Positions 22,993 through 34,400 of a stretch of DNA of 64,000 nt are shown here, one piece after another; within the stretch, counting starts at the first letter, position 1; every line of letters begins with the position of its first letter. This DNA comes from Hydrolagus colliei (Eukaryota): the NCBI GenBank assembly GCA_035084275.1, contig CM068766.1, positions 620,001 to 684,000 of the forward strand. The letters are read 5' to 3'. The position numbers and the translations under genes were made by a program. Under the pieces are notes generated by a model. It did not search any database. It had not been told where the DNA came from and was given only the letters and a program-made list of their open reading frames with translations.

Positions 22993-25882
22993 TTAACCGA
23001 GAAAATAAGTGAGAAACGTGGTCAGAATAATGGACGGGATTAAGGTGACGTGGTAACGCTGGAGTTTAGTGGCTGTGCTCTTTGCCAACAGATCGTTGCA
23101 CTTCTCCCTATAAGAAATTAAAAGCATTTGTGTGAAACAAAATTCTACCATAAAAGCGAAACCGCGAGAGATAGCTGTTAATATAACTGGTTTTTTTTAA
23201 AAAAACTTGCTTTCTTATTAAAAAAAACTCAAAGTAATTCAATCTGCTTTGCAGAACTATATTGGCTGTTGAAGATGTACAACATGAGCTATGTGGAGCT
23301 CCTGTAGCTAGGTGGTTGGAGCACTCGCCTTACAAGCGTGAGACCTGTGTTCAAATCCAGGCAGATCAAGGTGAAATCTTGGACAAGTTTCCTTACTCCA
23401 CACACCAAATAATAATAATCCCGCCAAAAAAAACACAATAATAAAATGGTGCATTTCAATCCATGACTGTTTGCAGGACACTGCTGTACGCGATTGGCTG
23501 CCGCGTTTTGCCCATAAATATAGTCAATTCACTTTACAGTATAATCTGTCAAGCGCTTTGAGACGTCGATAAGATGTGAAAAGCGCTACGTCAAGTGCAA
23601 GGATTATTATTATTATTATATATACAAATGATAATAATCTTTGCATTTGATGTAGTTTTAATGCCTTATCATGAGACGTCTCAAAGTGCTTTACAGATTA
23701 TACTGTAAAGTGAATTGACTGTATATTTTGTGGAACTCAGTTGTCAATTGCACACAACAGTGTCCCCACAAACGGTCGTGTTCTACACAGAGGTGATGTA
23801 TCTCCTCCTCTTCACTTACACTTCTTTCTGTAACTTCTCTTTTGTCTCCTTCATCTCCTTGTCAGATCCCAAGACGTTTTCTTTGCATTTTTTAATCTCT
23901 TCGTTCAGTTTCTTTATTGATGTCTGGGCTGCGTCTGAACAAAAACCAAATAACGCTTTGATATACATTTGATAGCCCAATATCTGCCCCCTCCCCCCAC
24001 TCCCTGTGTATATATATGCGGCATCCAATTGCGCACAAACAGTCGTGGGTTGAAAATGACCAATTTTTATTATTGTGGGGTTTTTGGGGATGGACTATTA
24101 TAAGGCGCGTGTGTGTATTTGTGTGTGGAGTAAGGAAACTTGTCTAAGATTTCGCCCTGATCTGCCTGGATTCGAACACAGGTCTCACCTTTGTTAGGTG
24201 AGTGCTCTAACCACTGAGCTACAGGAGCTCCAACGCTAAAAATATGAAACATGGCATCCCAGTGCGGCAGCAATAAGCCACGTAGTCAGTCACAGGTGAG
24301 GGCTATTCCAACACAGTAACGAACACAACAGCCCTATGTGTAAAGATTTGCGTTTATTGACTAAGAGCTGTTTCCAGCAGAGACAAGGAGCCAAACACAG
24401 CACACTAACCTTGCTGAGTGTTTAGATCATTCTTCAGCTTGGCGTTCATGTCTGTGAGCTGGGTCACGGTTTTCTCCAGAGTGCTGATATTGTGTTTCAA
24501 GATCTGAAAGTCACAAGTAAATGTGTGGGGAGTTTTCACTCGAGCAACATTTTATTTGCTGATTTTTGAACAAGAATAATAATAATAACGTTTGCATTAG
24601 ACCCAGCGTATTATCACTTCGTCGAGATGTCTCAAACCGCTTCACAGAATGTACTGTGAAGTCTGCCGACTACTTTTCCGTGGGGATACGCGGCAGCTAA
24701 TTGCGCACAGTAGTATCACCCAAACAGTTGTGGATTGAGTTTAGTTTAACTATATTTCTCTGCCTCAGTCTCCCTCCATTTGATATAGTGCCTAATCACA
24801 CTATTCGCAAATGTTTAAACAAGCAAGCAGCTAAAACAATCAGAACATATAGCATTAGGACACATCGTTCTGCATCAAGTAATAGCATCTAACAAGTGGT
24901 CGGCATTCATTGAAATTACTGACTGTGTTACACTTTTTCATGTTAAAATGAACGGGTGCACAAATGCCCAGAAATGAACCTTTGCTAATCGGAAGTCGTT
25001 CTAGTGGGACGTTAGCTTGGGATCGCCATTTTATCAGCTTGATTCTTGCCCAGCAAACCAACTGATCCACAATTGCAATACAGAAACCCAAGGCTTCACT
25101 GAACATACATGACGGAACAACTACTGACCACTTGTAAAAGCACAATAATAATAATCCTTGCATTTGATATAGCGCTTTTCGCACAGTCGTGGGTAGAAAA
25201 TGACCGATTTAATTTTTGTGCATTTTGGGGACGGATTATTATTAGGCGTGTGGAGTCAGGAAACTTGCCCAAGGTTTCGCCCTGACCTGCCTGGATTCGA
25301 ACACAGATCTCCCCAGCTTGGTCTCCCCAGCTTGCAAGACAAGCGCTCTAACCACTGAGCCATAGGAGCTCCACACAATAAGCACAATACGCAAGTGCTT
25401 TACAGCAGATTTACTACAACGACAATAGCTTGTTAATAATTATGATGATAATAATAATAATAATCCTTGCAATTGATACAGCCAGCGCCTTACTACGTCT
25501 TCTATGGCAAGGAAAGGGTGAGGGGGTGACCATAGATGTGGTCAAAGCTGTAGTTGGTTTGCGTGGGATTTAGAGAGATAGAGAGCGGTTGAGATGGAGG
25601 GGAAGAGGGAAGGAGGTGTACAGATTGTGGGTATTGTAGTTGAAGCCTCGGCTGTGGTGAATCCATCAGCCTAGTCAGGAGACGAGCAGATGGGTAGGGG
25701 ACAGAGATAACCACAGAGATATTTACCGCAGTACCCACCTGGTTTTCCTGGCAGGTCTTCTCTGACTGTAACTCTTTGTCACACTGAGTAAGTATAAAAT
25801 ATGTCAGGAAAATGATTACCGGCACACTGATCACCAGAATCACAGCGGCCACGATCCATCCCAACCAGTTAGCGGAGACCAT
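22993..25882 (-). CDS. BST2: Tetherin/BST2-like gene B, canonical four coding exons: 25882-25739, 24503-24410, 23934-23820, 23107-22993; 155 aa.
   Basis: MVSANWLGWIVAAVILVISVPVIIFLTYFILTQCDKELQSEKTCQENQ|ILKHNISTLEKTVTQLTDMNAKLKNDLNTQQ|DAAQTSIKKLNEEIKKCKENVLGSDKEMKETKEKLQKE|VEKCNDLLAKSTATKLQRYHVTLIPSIILTTFLTYFLG*. All introns GT-AG, phases 0/1/2. TM, four ectodomain Cys, NIS sequon, coiled coil, S-T-A omega-like site and hydrophobic tail. Confidence 0.85.
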
Positions 25883-25983
25883 CTTGCTCAATAATATGGA
25901 GTTAAAAGACACTTGGGTTCCACTCTACCCGTCTCTCCGGCAGCAAACTCCACACTGACTGAGCTGATCTCACTGCCTTATCC

Positions 25984-26061
25984 TTTAAGGTCTGTGCAAT
26001 CCAGGAAACTCCCTCATTTGTCCTTTTGAATGTACTTTTAACCCATCATCATTTACAGGAA
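25984..26061 (-). promoter_or_regulatory. Proximal promoter of gene B: NF-kB GGGAGTTTCC (26004-26013), C/EBP-like site, GAS-like TTCCTGTAA (26053-26061)
   Basis: Homologous to the gene A and gene C promoters; motifs retained. Confidence 0.68.
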
Positions 26062-26544
26062 ATCAGTTGCTTTCCAAAACATTCAAGGGTTTCGATAAAA
26101 CATGTCACGGCAGCAATTTAGTGTCACGTGTCACGTGACTATTTTCCTGTAGGGAAAAGAGACCCGAACATTGGCACCCAGCAAAATTCCACAAGCGGTC
26201 ACCAGTCAGATTATGAATCAGTCAGATTATTGGCCAAGACATCTTGTCGAAAAAGTGATTTGAAGTTGGGGTAGTGGAGTTGAAGTTGGGGTAGTCCTTT
26301 CAATGCAACTTTAAACTGAAGACCCGTCTGCGCGGGTCTTCTGGTTATCTCTGTGGACGTAATAATCCCATTTGGAAGAAGAGCTAACTAACTAACCAAG
26401 TAACCAGGTAACCAACCAACCAACCAACTAACTAGCTGACCAACTAACGTATGGTGAAAAACAAATGCATTTGCATTGCGAGATACGCTTTGAGAAACTT
26501 CTAAACCAAGCTGACAGATTTTGGCGCTGAAATGGATATTTCTA

Positions 26545-26557
26545 ACTTTCGGTTTCC
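26545..26557. promoter_or_regulatory. ISRE upstream of gene B (ACTTTCGGTTTCC)
   Basis: Core TTTCGGTTTCC is the same as the ISG15-type ISRE core. Confidence 0.68.
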
Positions 26558-27666
26558 AGTTGAATTTCTCGAGTTCTGTTTCACTAAAAAAAGAGGATGA
26601 TGTCCTGGCTCGTTTCCCGGGGCTGTGCTTAAAAGCACACTGCTCACTGACCTTACAAGGGTTCAGGCGGTAACGTTCTTCATTCCCTTATGTCGGTACA
26701 GTGTAGTGACTGTGTGTTTCAGGTCAAAGTTGAAGACCTTTCTCTTCGACCGAGCTTTTGGTCACCTTCCTGCCCCTGCCTCGGTCCCGGGATCCGCTAC
26801 TGTGAAGCGCTCTGAGTCGCCGTCCGGCGTGGAGGGCCTATATAAATCGAAGTTGTTGTTGTTGTTGTTGTTTCGTAGGCAAAAGTGTAATGACTGTGTT
26901 TCTTAATTGAATCTTGGGAGTGAGTGACTGAGGGAATGAATAATCGACCGACTGACCGACCGAGAAATTAGCTTACTTTTCCTGTATGCTGTTTTAAACG
27001 AGGTTAATTCTTTTGAATTCTCTCTGTTTACCACCCCACCACTCCCCACTCCCCCGCCCCCAACCCAAACATAATATGGTGTGAAATCTTTTACTGAATC
27101 TCACACTCAGCAAGAGCTCAATTCAATCAAGTTCCATCGGTTTACACAAATGAGTAAAGCAGTATTTTATTTATTTGCAGGCAATACAAGACCAACATTT
27201 CAAAGTGCTTTACAAAATAAGAGATCAAATAGAAACGTAGGGACAATTGTTTCAGCAAAACATAGCAGCTGATTTACATCAGTACAACAACGAACAGTAA
27301 CAAATTGTTGTTTGCTCTGGCCAGTATAATCCCATCGTGCCATCCTTCCCAAGTGTTATCTGAGCGTCTGGTAATATTAACAGTAACCCAAGACAGATCC
27401 AAGTCTCCTTCCCACAGTCATTTCGCCTTGTCCCCCTCCCTCATCTCCTTCAATGCATGAATCAAGCCCCCTCCTCTTCGACTGTGCCTTTGGTCACCTT
27501 CCTATACTCCCATCCCTCCACCCATCGTGATCGCGCCTTTCACATCAGGAGGACATCCCATGGCGCTTCAGACTCGAGCTGAGGCCATGGGTGGGAAAGG
27601 GAAGGGGGGGGATAATGAGTTGCCGATGGGTCCATGGAAGAGGAGAGTCTTGAGGTGAGATCTGGA

Positions 27667-27736
27667 GGAGGCCAGGGAGGGGGCGAGGCGGAGGCCAGGG
27701 AGGGGGCGAGGCGGAGGCCAGGGAGGGGGCGAGGCC
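27667..27736. repeat. 23-bp tandem repeat (GGAGGCCAGGGAGGGGGCGAGGC) x3; single unit in the paralogous flank near 22024
   Basis: Direct comparison of the duplicated flanks. Confidence 0.85.
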
Positions 27737-28642
27737 GGCGAGGGGAGGGATTTTGGGATGGAGTTCCAGAGGTTGGGGGCAGAGTGGCTGAAGGCTCTCC
27801 CACCAATGGTTGGGCGGGTGGGTTGGGGGGATGTGGAGCGGGCCAGAGTCTACTGAACAGAGTGGGCGGGCAGGTTGGTAAGGGGATAGGAGGTCACGGA
27901 TGTTGGGTGGGGAGACAAGCACATTTGTTTTCATCTGCAGTATTTGTTTTTTTGAAAACACTTCTTGGATTCTGCAAAAGGCTTTCATGTAAGAAGGCTT
28001 TCTTATTCCCTGCTGTCTTTCTAAGCGTTAACTAGTTGGTGAACAGGCGAGTGAGAGACTTTGAAACTAGTTGAGCACTAGTTAGACCCTGTGTAACCTA
28101 TTGTTACACGGGTTGTATCAACCATTCAGAGGTGAAGCCTCAGCTCCTAACAGTCGATTTGTATTGCTGTGGGTAGAGGAACGGATGCTGCCTTAAAAAA
28201 AACACTTGCCCTCCAACCCCGCAAAACGCTGCTCTTTCCCTTGTTGCTTTCTTTCTCTCTCTCACGCTCTCGCTCCTCATTGCAACTCCGAGTTTGTCGA
28301 AAAGTTGCCGTAATGCTTATCGTTTGCTATGCGCGACTTATCATTTCAAACGTGGTCGTGGAAAGTGTTTCACTTGAGTTTAAAGGAACGTCTGAAGTGA
28401 CTGATGATCTCGGCGAGCACGCGAACTGCAAAAGGGGGGGCTTTGGTTGTTTGCTGCTGTTAGAGCCTACCAAGCTTCTTCTCCCACAAGCCGCTTGATG
28501 ACCATCAGTTTCACAGTTGCCTCTTTGACCCTATGGGGAGAAAGCGATACGTTCCAGACGGAACTGTTCCAGACGGAACCGTTCCAACAGCGGCTGAAAT
28601 CTATTTGTAAAAGATCCGGGTTGCAAATTGCTGAACGTAACT

Positions 28643-28969
28643 TTAACCGAAATAACTTTTGAGAAAGATGGCCACCAAAATCAATATGATGAAGTAGTTG
28701 GTACGGTCATTCTGGGATTCAGCGGTTTTGTTTATCACTGATTGCTTGATGCACTTCTTCCTGTAAGAAATGAAGTTTGTGTTTACTCATGTACGATCAT
28801 AGCCAAACTGTGCGGAGACAGCTATTATTGATATGCAGTACTTGCGTTCTTTATAGTACGTCATTACGTCAAACTGCTGAACAGAATTATATTGGCTGAA
28901 TTATCACGGTGCTGTTATCAAATGCAAGGATTATTGTAAAGAAGAGGAAATATGTATGTGTTTGTGTGC

Positions 28970-29002
<33 letters not shown>

Positions 29003-30825
29003 CTGGTATGTAAACAACTTCCCGTGAAGAGTGGTTGTTTGGCGCAATCTTCCAACACGAGTAAAGAATAACGATAATAATAATAATCCTTGCATTTTTT
29101 TCAAAGCGCTTTATTGAGTTTTCGAGACGTCTCAAAGAGCTTCACAAGAATGTTCCTGAAAAGCGCATTGACTGTGTATTTTGCAGACGAAACTCCACGG
29201 CCAATTGCGCACGACAGTGTCCCACGTACTCGAAGGATGTGACTCCTCATTTTCACTTACCTTTCAGACTGCAACTCCTCCTTTGTCTCCTCCAACTTCT
29301 TGTTGGAGTTCAAGAGGGCTTCTTTGCATTTTCTAATCTCTTCGTTCAGATCCTGTGTTGATTTCTGGCCTGCCTCTGAACAATAACGGAATCATCCTTT
29401 GAGATTTGATTACACATTTGATCGCCTGGTATCTTCCCTTCGCCCCTCCCTGCCTCCGCCCCCACCGCCCTATTCAGCAGATAAATCCTTTCTTCCGTTT
29501 GACAGACACCTGCGTAGACTCTGTGATTCCAAGTCCCCGAGGTAAGGTTTGAAACCACAACCTTGTGACTCAGAGGCAATCGTGTGACTACTCAGCCAGG
29601 CAGGCAATAACAACAGCCAGGCTCCCTCTCTTCCCCCTTTTTCAAGCCCTGCCAGGGAACCTACTTCTTTGACCTCCCCAACAAACCGGCATGAAGTCAG
29701 GTTCCATCACTGATAAGCGCTCTGAGTGCAAGTTGTTATTGAGGGTGTAATCTTACCCCTGTGTGTAAAGACTCGCGTATGTTCCCACATAAGCTGATCC
29801 CCCCCCCCCCCCCACCCACCCCCCGTGGAGAAAAGGAGCTAAAACATCACATACTAACCTTGCTGAACCTTTTGATTGTTACTCAGCTCAGTCAAGGCTT
29901 TCTCCAGATCGATGACTTTGTCATTCTTGGCTGTCTGGAAATCACAGGTAAACGTGTGAGGCCTTTTCTCGCGCGAGCTTTCTCATGCAATTGCTGCTTT
30001 TTCGAAATACTGTACTCACAATAAAGCTCGCATTTCATATAGCGCCTTATTGCGTCTCCAAGACATCGCAAAATGCTTCACAGAATATACTGCAAAGTGT
30101 GGTGACTGTGTATTTTGTGTGGTGACTGTATACAGCAAAATCAGTCTGATACAGTTCCCTGCAACTAAATCTCAGAGTGTTTCGCATTGACAGGTTTAGG
30201 GTTCTGAGCTAGGGCAAGGTAAGAGTGAGGAAGCAACCAAGGATACGGCTAGAGGCAGATGGTTTGTGTGGGATTTAAAGCCAGAGAGCGGTTGAGATGG
30301 AGGGAACCAAGTGTGCTCAGATGACCAATTTATTATTGTTTTTTGAAGGATTGTGATGAGTGATCGCCCCCCACTCGCCCCCTCTCTTCCCAGTTTCAGG
30401 TCACAGACCTTTCTCTTCGACCGCGCCTTTGGTCACCTTTCTACCCCTGCCCCACCACCCCCCCCCCCCACCCCCCCGGCTCGGTCCCGGGATCCGTCGT
30501 TGTGAAGCGCTCTGAGACGCCATCTGGCGTGGAGGGCGCTATATAAATAAAACTTGTTGTTGTTGAGTGCGGCTGTACTCACCAACTCCGCCCAGCAGGC
30601 AGTCAGTGACGACTCTATCTCTTTCAAGTGGTTGACCACCTGCAAAACCTGCTGATCCTTTTCTAACACAATCTGTCCCAGCCGAGTGTTTTCATACCTC
30701 AGAGACTCGCTGTCTTGTCCCCGCCGCGGGCCGCTGTTCTGTTTGCCACTGGTGTTCTCCCAAACCCAAACCCAATAGATCACAATAAACCCTACAATCA
30801 CGGCAACGCATTCCCGGTTGCCCAT
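28643..30825 (-). CDS. BST2: Tetherin/BST2-like gene C, divergent paralog; exons 30825-30583, 29934-29859, 29375-29261, 28760-28643; 183 aa.
   Basis: MGNRECVAVIVGFIVIYWVWVWENTSGKQNSGPRRGQDSESLRYENTRLGQIVLEKDQQVLQVVNHLKEIESSLTACWAEL|TAKNDKVIDLEKALTELSNNQKVQQ|EAGQKSTQDLNEEIRKCKEALLNSNKKLEETKEELQSE|RKKCIKQSVINKTAESQNDRTNYFIILILVAIFLKSYFG*. Same intron phases (0/1/2) and homologous splice-site contexts as A and B; GT-AG throughout. Confidence 0.8.
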
Positions 30826-30944
30826 CTTGCCCAATAATGTAAGAGTTTAAAAGGACAGTTGGGTTTCCCTGTACTAGGATCCTCACTACCCAGCTACCCA
30901 GCTGGAAGCTCCACACACTGACTGAACGGACCTGACTGCCTTTG

Positions 30945-31024
30945 CCTTTAAAATCTGCGCAAGTCTGGGAAACTCCCTCGGGTTTCTGGCCAAAGCATTT
31001 TGATCCATGCATCACTTACAGGAA
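30945..31024 (-). promoter_or_regulatory. Proximal promoter of gene C: TATA-like TTTAAAG, C/EBP-like TTGCGCAG, NF-kB GGGAGTTTCCC (30967-30977), GAS-like TTCCTGTAA (31016-31024)
   Basis: Motifs are conserved although the surrounding sequence has diverged from A and B. Confidence 0.7.
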
Positions 31025-31420
31025 ATCACATGATTAAAGAAAAAACATTCAACTGTGTTGGCAAACCATCTTACAACTGTGGCTGTCTGTTTGGTTTGAT
31101 AATAATCTATAATAATAATAATAATCCCAGCATTTGATATAGCGCCTCATCACATCACTGGGATGTCTTGGAGATATACTGTAAAGTGGATTGATTGACT
31201 GGGGTTTGGGGTGAAACTCGGCAGCCAATTGCGCTCAGCAGTGTCCTCCAATTGGAATTGGCTTGGCAGCGATTTACAGACATGTAGTGACTGTTGTTCC
31301 TCTAGGGGCCAACAAATTTTGCGCACAGCAAAATTCCCAAAGTGGTCGCAAGGTGAATGGCCAGTCGATCAGTCAGATTATTGGCCAAAGTATCTGGTCA
31401 AATAAGCTGAAATGGTGCTA

Positions 31421-31439
31421 ACTTTCGGTTTCTATTTCC
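31421..31439. promoter_or_regulatory. Tandem ISRE upstream of gene C (ACTTTCGGTTTCTATTTCC)
   Basis: Three TTTC cores with 2-nt spacing. Confidence 0.68.
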
Positions 31440-34400
31440 TGAGTTTTGTTTCAGTAAAAAAAACGAACTTACTGGTTCGTTTCCCAGGACAGTGGTTAAA
31501 AACACACTGCTCACTGACCTTAAAAAGGGTTCAGGCGGTAAAGTTCTTCATTCCCTTTGTCGGTACAGTGTAGTGACTGTGTATTTCGCAGGCGAATGCG
31601 GCAAACAATTTGCCCGTAGCAACGTCCTGCAAAACGGCCATGAAGCGAATGACTGTTGTTATCTTGGCTAGGATACGGGGAGATTGAAACTCCTTGCTCT
31701 TTTTGAACAACGCTAAGCTTCCAGCTCTTATGCCAACCGACGTGAATCAACTGGAATTGGTTGGTGGAGCTCCTGTAGCTCAGTGGTTAGAGCACTCGCC
31801 TTACGAGTGTGAGACCCGTGCTCGAATCCAGGCAGCTCAGGGCGAAATCCTGGGACAAGTTTCCTTTCCTTGGTCATTTTCAATCCACAACTGTTTATGG
31901 GGACGCTGACGCATTTTGCCCACGAATATACCGTCAATTCACTGTACCGTGAATTGGTACCATATATTTTGAGATGTCTAGAAGACGTGAAAACTGCTAT
32001 ATCAAATGCAAGGATTATTATGATGTTATTATTGTTGTTGCTTTAGTTCGCTCCGACCATTGTGCCTTCCTTCCCAACTGTTACCTGAGCATCTGATAAC
32101 ACAAACTTTCGCCCACAAACTATACCGTCAACTACAGTAGGTTCAGTGAAGTGCTATGAGACTTGAAAAAGGATTTATTGTAAACAAGAGAAAATAACTG
32201 CTTGTACTGAATTGGACCGGCCAGTAGGTTGTAGTAGAGACTGCAGAGCAGACTCCTCAGTGTTGGTTGAGGTCAGTGTAACCCTAGGCTGCTCCAATCC
32301 ATACGGTCTGGTGTTTACATTTTGCATTGCCGTTCATATTCCAATCCGCGAGGTTCAAACCCGTAACTCTGCGCGTCAGAATACAACCCTTCCCTAAACC
32401 CTCGACTCCACCTCCTCTTCGACCGCGTCTCTTCGGTCGTCTTCATTATCCTTCCTTCCATCCCCGCCTGGTCCCAACCCCCAGTTTGAGCCCAAATCCC
32501 CAACTGTCCAGTGCCTTGGGACCTCGCCCCAACGTCAAAGGTACCTTCTCCTGACATGACGCGGGGTGGAGGGGGGTGGGGGGGGGCTGTTGCTAAACAT
32601 GTCACCTTGAGGCCGGTTCAGCTCCAAGAAGCCCCCGCTTACTCTTCCCCCAGTGAGGACAGTCACCAGTGGGCTGTTTGTGGCTTGAGTCCTCGCTAGG
32701 TGGATGGTGGGTACCGGGAACTGTGATCTCCACGGTTAGCCTCTAGGTGGCATCTCATTCTCAAGCCACCGATCTCCTCCGTCACCCACACATGAGCTTG
32801 TGCTAACATCAGCCCTCTGCGTTAAGCGTACAGTGTACAGTGTATAGGATACTGTACGTTCAGAAGTCTACGTATCATTAGCTGTTTAACAAACGTTTAC
32901 AATATATGGTGTGAGTCGTCTTATTCCCAGATCGATTCAACTATGAAACTGAAACTGCTTTTAAGTGCTCTGTGTGCTGATACGAATGCATGTTGTTGTT
33001 GTTGTTGTTTCCTGAATGATTGAGCTGTGTGTGTGTGTGTGTGTGTGTGTGTGTTGAGGTGGCAGGGAGCGGCGTGGTCAACCCTCATCATTTCACTAAA
33101 TCTAAAGATTTAGAGAAAAAGGATGGCTATTTTTAAGGGATTAGAATAGGGTTACATCCCTCTGTAACCTTCTACATCTGCCCCCCCCACCCTCAGCTAA
33201 CAAAACACTCTCTGCCCATCTGTTGTTTTAAGGAGGATGTTTATTTTGTTGTCGAATGAGCGACTGGGTCTGCGGTTCAGTTCTTGAGGAGACACTTGCT
33301 GTAAGGAAACCCTCCACTCAGTCGGTCAGTCACCCTGAAGTCAGTCGCAGGCCAGACAGATATCACGTCTTTGGCTGCCTCTCTCTCTCTCTCTCTCCCT
33401 CCCTCCCTCTCTCTTTCCCTCTCCATGACTCATTCGCTCAACCATCCCGCAATTTGTTCAACGGCTCACAAGCCCACAACACCTCAAAGCTAAACCCTTC
33501 GTTCCTTCACCCTCTTGCCAAGGCGGGGGGGGGCAGGGTGAAGAGGAAGCGGTCAGGCTGCAGGATATCCCATCTCATTCTTCGCATTTTTCAACCGAGC
33601 ACGGTTCCCTGTTCAAATAATAAAAGGAATCAATGTGGAGGATTATTTAAGTCACAGCTGCTTTCCTCATTCCCTCCCACCCCCCCCCAACCCTCCACAC
33701 ACACACACACAGGTTGGTTCGAGCGTTTGAAGGACATCCATTTGCGAACCGTTGGTTCCTTTTAGACAGAGACAATGGATCAAAGGTTAGAAATCACTCT
33801 CAGCCATGCTTAACGCCTCCTCTAGTCCTGACCATTCCCAGCCCCTGGATCATGTGGATTTAGCTGATCTCATTCCTGATGTCTAGCTTTGTCAGCCTGG
33901 TTCAGTTGGTCGCATTCCTGCCCCGAAGTCGGAAAGAAGGTTGTGGGTTCAGGGCCCAACTGTGTTCAGACTCAGAAACCAAATTGACTTCTGTCCTGTC
34001 TAACTAATACAAATGTGGGGATGGGCGAGGGAGGGGTTGGTGGGCAGGTGGGCTGGGGGTGAAATAGTCAGGAGTGGGAACTCTAACTGATTTCTACTCC
34101 CTGACCCAGAGAGACCTGATCACTGTGATCAGTCACGCAGTCCAGCAATAGGAATAGGAACCTAGGGTTTCCAAGTCCGTTTAGTTTGCTAAACAGACGG
34201 TGTCGTTTCGCAGCTAAGCAGGCAGACAAAGCTCCCTGTTTTCTCTTCTGAAATCGTTGACGTGGGATGGATTAAAGAATCAAAGAGAGAGTTGGCTCCA
34301 TTACAAGTCGTCCCAAACTTGCTTGATTGAAAATGACACCCGCAAAAACACAGCGGGCCGTACGTGTTTTTGGTAGACCTGGGTTCAGTGAGACCTTAAT

